The notes under the pieces were generated by a model. The model was not told where the DNA came from, did not search any database, and was given only the letters and a program-made list of their open reading frames with translations. Shown here piece by piece: positions 62,703-64,000 of a stretch of 64,000 bases of DNA; position 1 is the stretch's first letter, and each line of letters opens with the position of its first letter. Origin of the DNA: Candidatus Latescibacterota bacterium (GTDB taxonomy: Bacteria > Latescibacterota > UBA2968); contig OZ242010.1 in NCBI GenBank assembly GCA_965204745.1, positions 3,616,001-3,680,000 of the forward strand, written 5' to 3'. The translations under genes were made by a program, and so were the position numbers.

Positions 62703-63037
62703 CAATGCGAATAAAGCGTTGCATCCATTTATTGGGACCTACCCCCCTGGCCCCCCTTCCTCACAGAAAGGGGGGAATGGCGAGAGGTTGTGCGAGGGGT
62801 TTGGGTTTCTAGGGCGTGATCTATTCGCTCAAAGCCATCAGAACAGCTAGGGAGACAAACCTTCAAAAAGCCATGCGCTCCCCCTTTCCTTGTAGGAAAG
62901 GGGGCCGGGGGGATAGGTCCTACGAGAAAGGGGAAGAACATCTCTCGTTGCGGAGATGCGCCGGATGACTCGTCCATGTCTTTGGGCGATTGGTCTCGGC
63001 TTGCTTCCTACTCGCTTTCTACTCTTTATTCGCATTG
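62703..63037. mobile_element. MITE copy 2, inserted in an ACTGACA array
   Basis: CTGAC|AATGCGAATAAAG...CTTTATTCGCATT|GACAAC, with a possible 3-bp GAC target duplication. Confidence 0.8.
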
Positions 63038-63078
63038 ACAACTGACCACTGACAACTACCTTCCCAAAGAAACTCCCC

Positions 63079-64000
63079 ATGAAAAAACTCATCCTCCTCA
63101 TCCTCCTCATCCTCCTCACCAGCGCGCCGCTTCGGGCTGATGAAGTCCAGCGCCAAACTGCTGTGAACGCGATGGTGAAGGCCACGCGCTATTTTCGCAC
63201 GCATGTCGCCACAAATGGCGGGTACTTGTGGCGGTACAAAACCGACTTCTCCCTGCGCGAGGGCGAAGGTACGGCGTCTGCCACTACGATTTGGGTGCAA
63301 CCCCCCGGCACGCCTTCGGTGGGCATGGCCTTGCTCGCGGCGTATGAAGCCACGCGCGATACCCTGTTTCTCAATGGCGCGGTGGATGCGGCGCACGCGC
63401 TCGCTTGGGGGCAACTCGCGTCGGGCGGTTGGGATTATCGCATCGAGTTTGACGCGGGCCAAAGCAACCGCTGGCACTATCGCCGGGATCTTGAGCGGGG
63501 CGATATACAGACAGATGACCGCCGCAATCGCACCACGTTAGACGACAACACCACGCAAAGCGCGTTGCAACTGCTGATGCGCGTCGACAAAACACTCGGG
63601 TTCGAGGATGCGAAAATCCACAGGGTCGTGCAATTTGGCCTCGACGCCCTGCTCAAAGCGCAGTATCCAAATGGCGCGTGGCCGCAGCGGTTTGAAGCGT
63701 TTCCGGATCCGGAAAAGTTTCCAATCAAAAAAGCGCGTTACCCCAAAACCTGGCCGCGAACCCATCCGGATACGCGCTATGTGGATTATTACACGTTCAA
63801 CGACAATGCGATTGCCGACGTGATTGAGACGATGATCGAAGCCCACGCGATTTACGGCGATGCGCGCTATTTGGACGCGGCCATACGCGGAGGTGATTTC
63901 ATGTTGCTCGCGCAGATGCCCGCGCCACAACCCGCGTGGGCGCAACAGTACAATCTGGACATGGAGCCGACTTGGGCGCGGCGATTTGAACCGCCGGCCA
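63079..64000 (+). CDS. Pectate lyase (PL10/PelA-like), 3' end outside the window
   Basis: Signal peptide MKKLILL..; TTLDDNTT, AQYPNGAWPQ, YTFNDNA, AWAQQY..P..ARRFEPP. Confidence 0.85.
   Translation, partial: MKKLILLILLILLTSAPLRADEVQRQTAVNAMVKATRYFRTHVATNGGYLWRYKTDFSLREGEGTASATTIWVQPPGTPSVGMALLAAYEATRDTLFLNGAVDAAHALAWGQLASGGWDYRIEFDAGQSNRWHYRRDLERGDIQTDDRRNRTTLDDNTTQSALQLLMRVDKTLGFEDAKIHRVVQFGLDALLKAQYPNGAWPQRFEAFPDPEKFPIKKARYPKTWPRTHPDTRYVDYYTFNDNAIADVIETMIEAHAIYGDARYLDAAIRGGDFMLLAQMPAPQPAWAQQYNLDMEPTWARRFEPPA

Noticed and set aside
63088-63118. CTCATCCTC repeat as a contingency locus
   Set aside because: In-frame 9-mer encoding the Leu/Ile core of a signal peptide; unit changes would not shift the frame.

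Overview
GC-rich bacterial chromosomal window. The diderm gene content (TonB receptor, many PhyH dioxygenases, sulfatases, Rpn protein with GIEQ repeats) suggests a Latescibacterota/Poribacteria-like lineage; this is inference only. Housekeeping and cofactor genes: nadC, mnmA, glyA under a ZMP/ZTP riboswitch, thiO-thiS and thiC under back-to-back TPP riboswitches, bioA-bioD, folA, rimO, psd and an RluA-family gene. It also carries a 10-gene Mrp/Mnh Na+/H+ antiporter operon, a catabolic region (5 PhyH dioxygenases, 2 sulfatases, a SelA-like PLP enzyme), and a CxxU Rdx/SelW selenoprotein that the ORF track misses. The most unusual aspect is the intergenic DNA, a mosaic of at least 7 short repeat families. 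30- and 35/36-bp micro-modules sit at exact positions inside other palindromic repeats (filled and empty alleles both present). Heptamer arrays flank both IS903-like copies and the ends of a TIR-bounded MITE. One heptamer array lies between 29-bp direct repeats. Four toxin-antitoxin loci and one R-M locus have each lost the toxic partner. Two orphan AT-rich, highly foldable segments are candidate ncRNAs. No CRISPR array, rRNA or tRNA was seen. All family assignments come from motif recognition by eye, not database searches.
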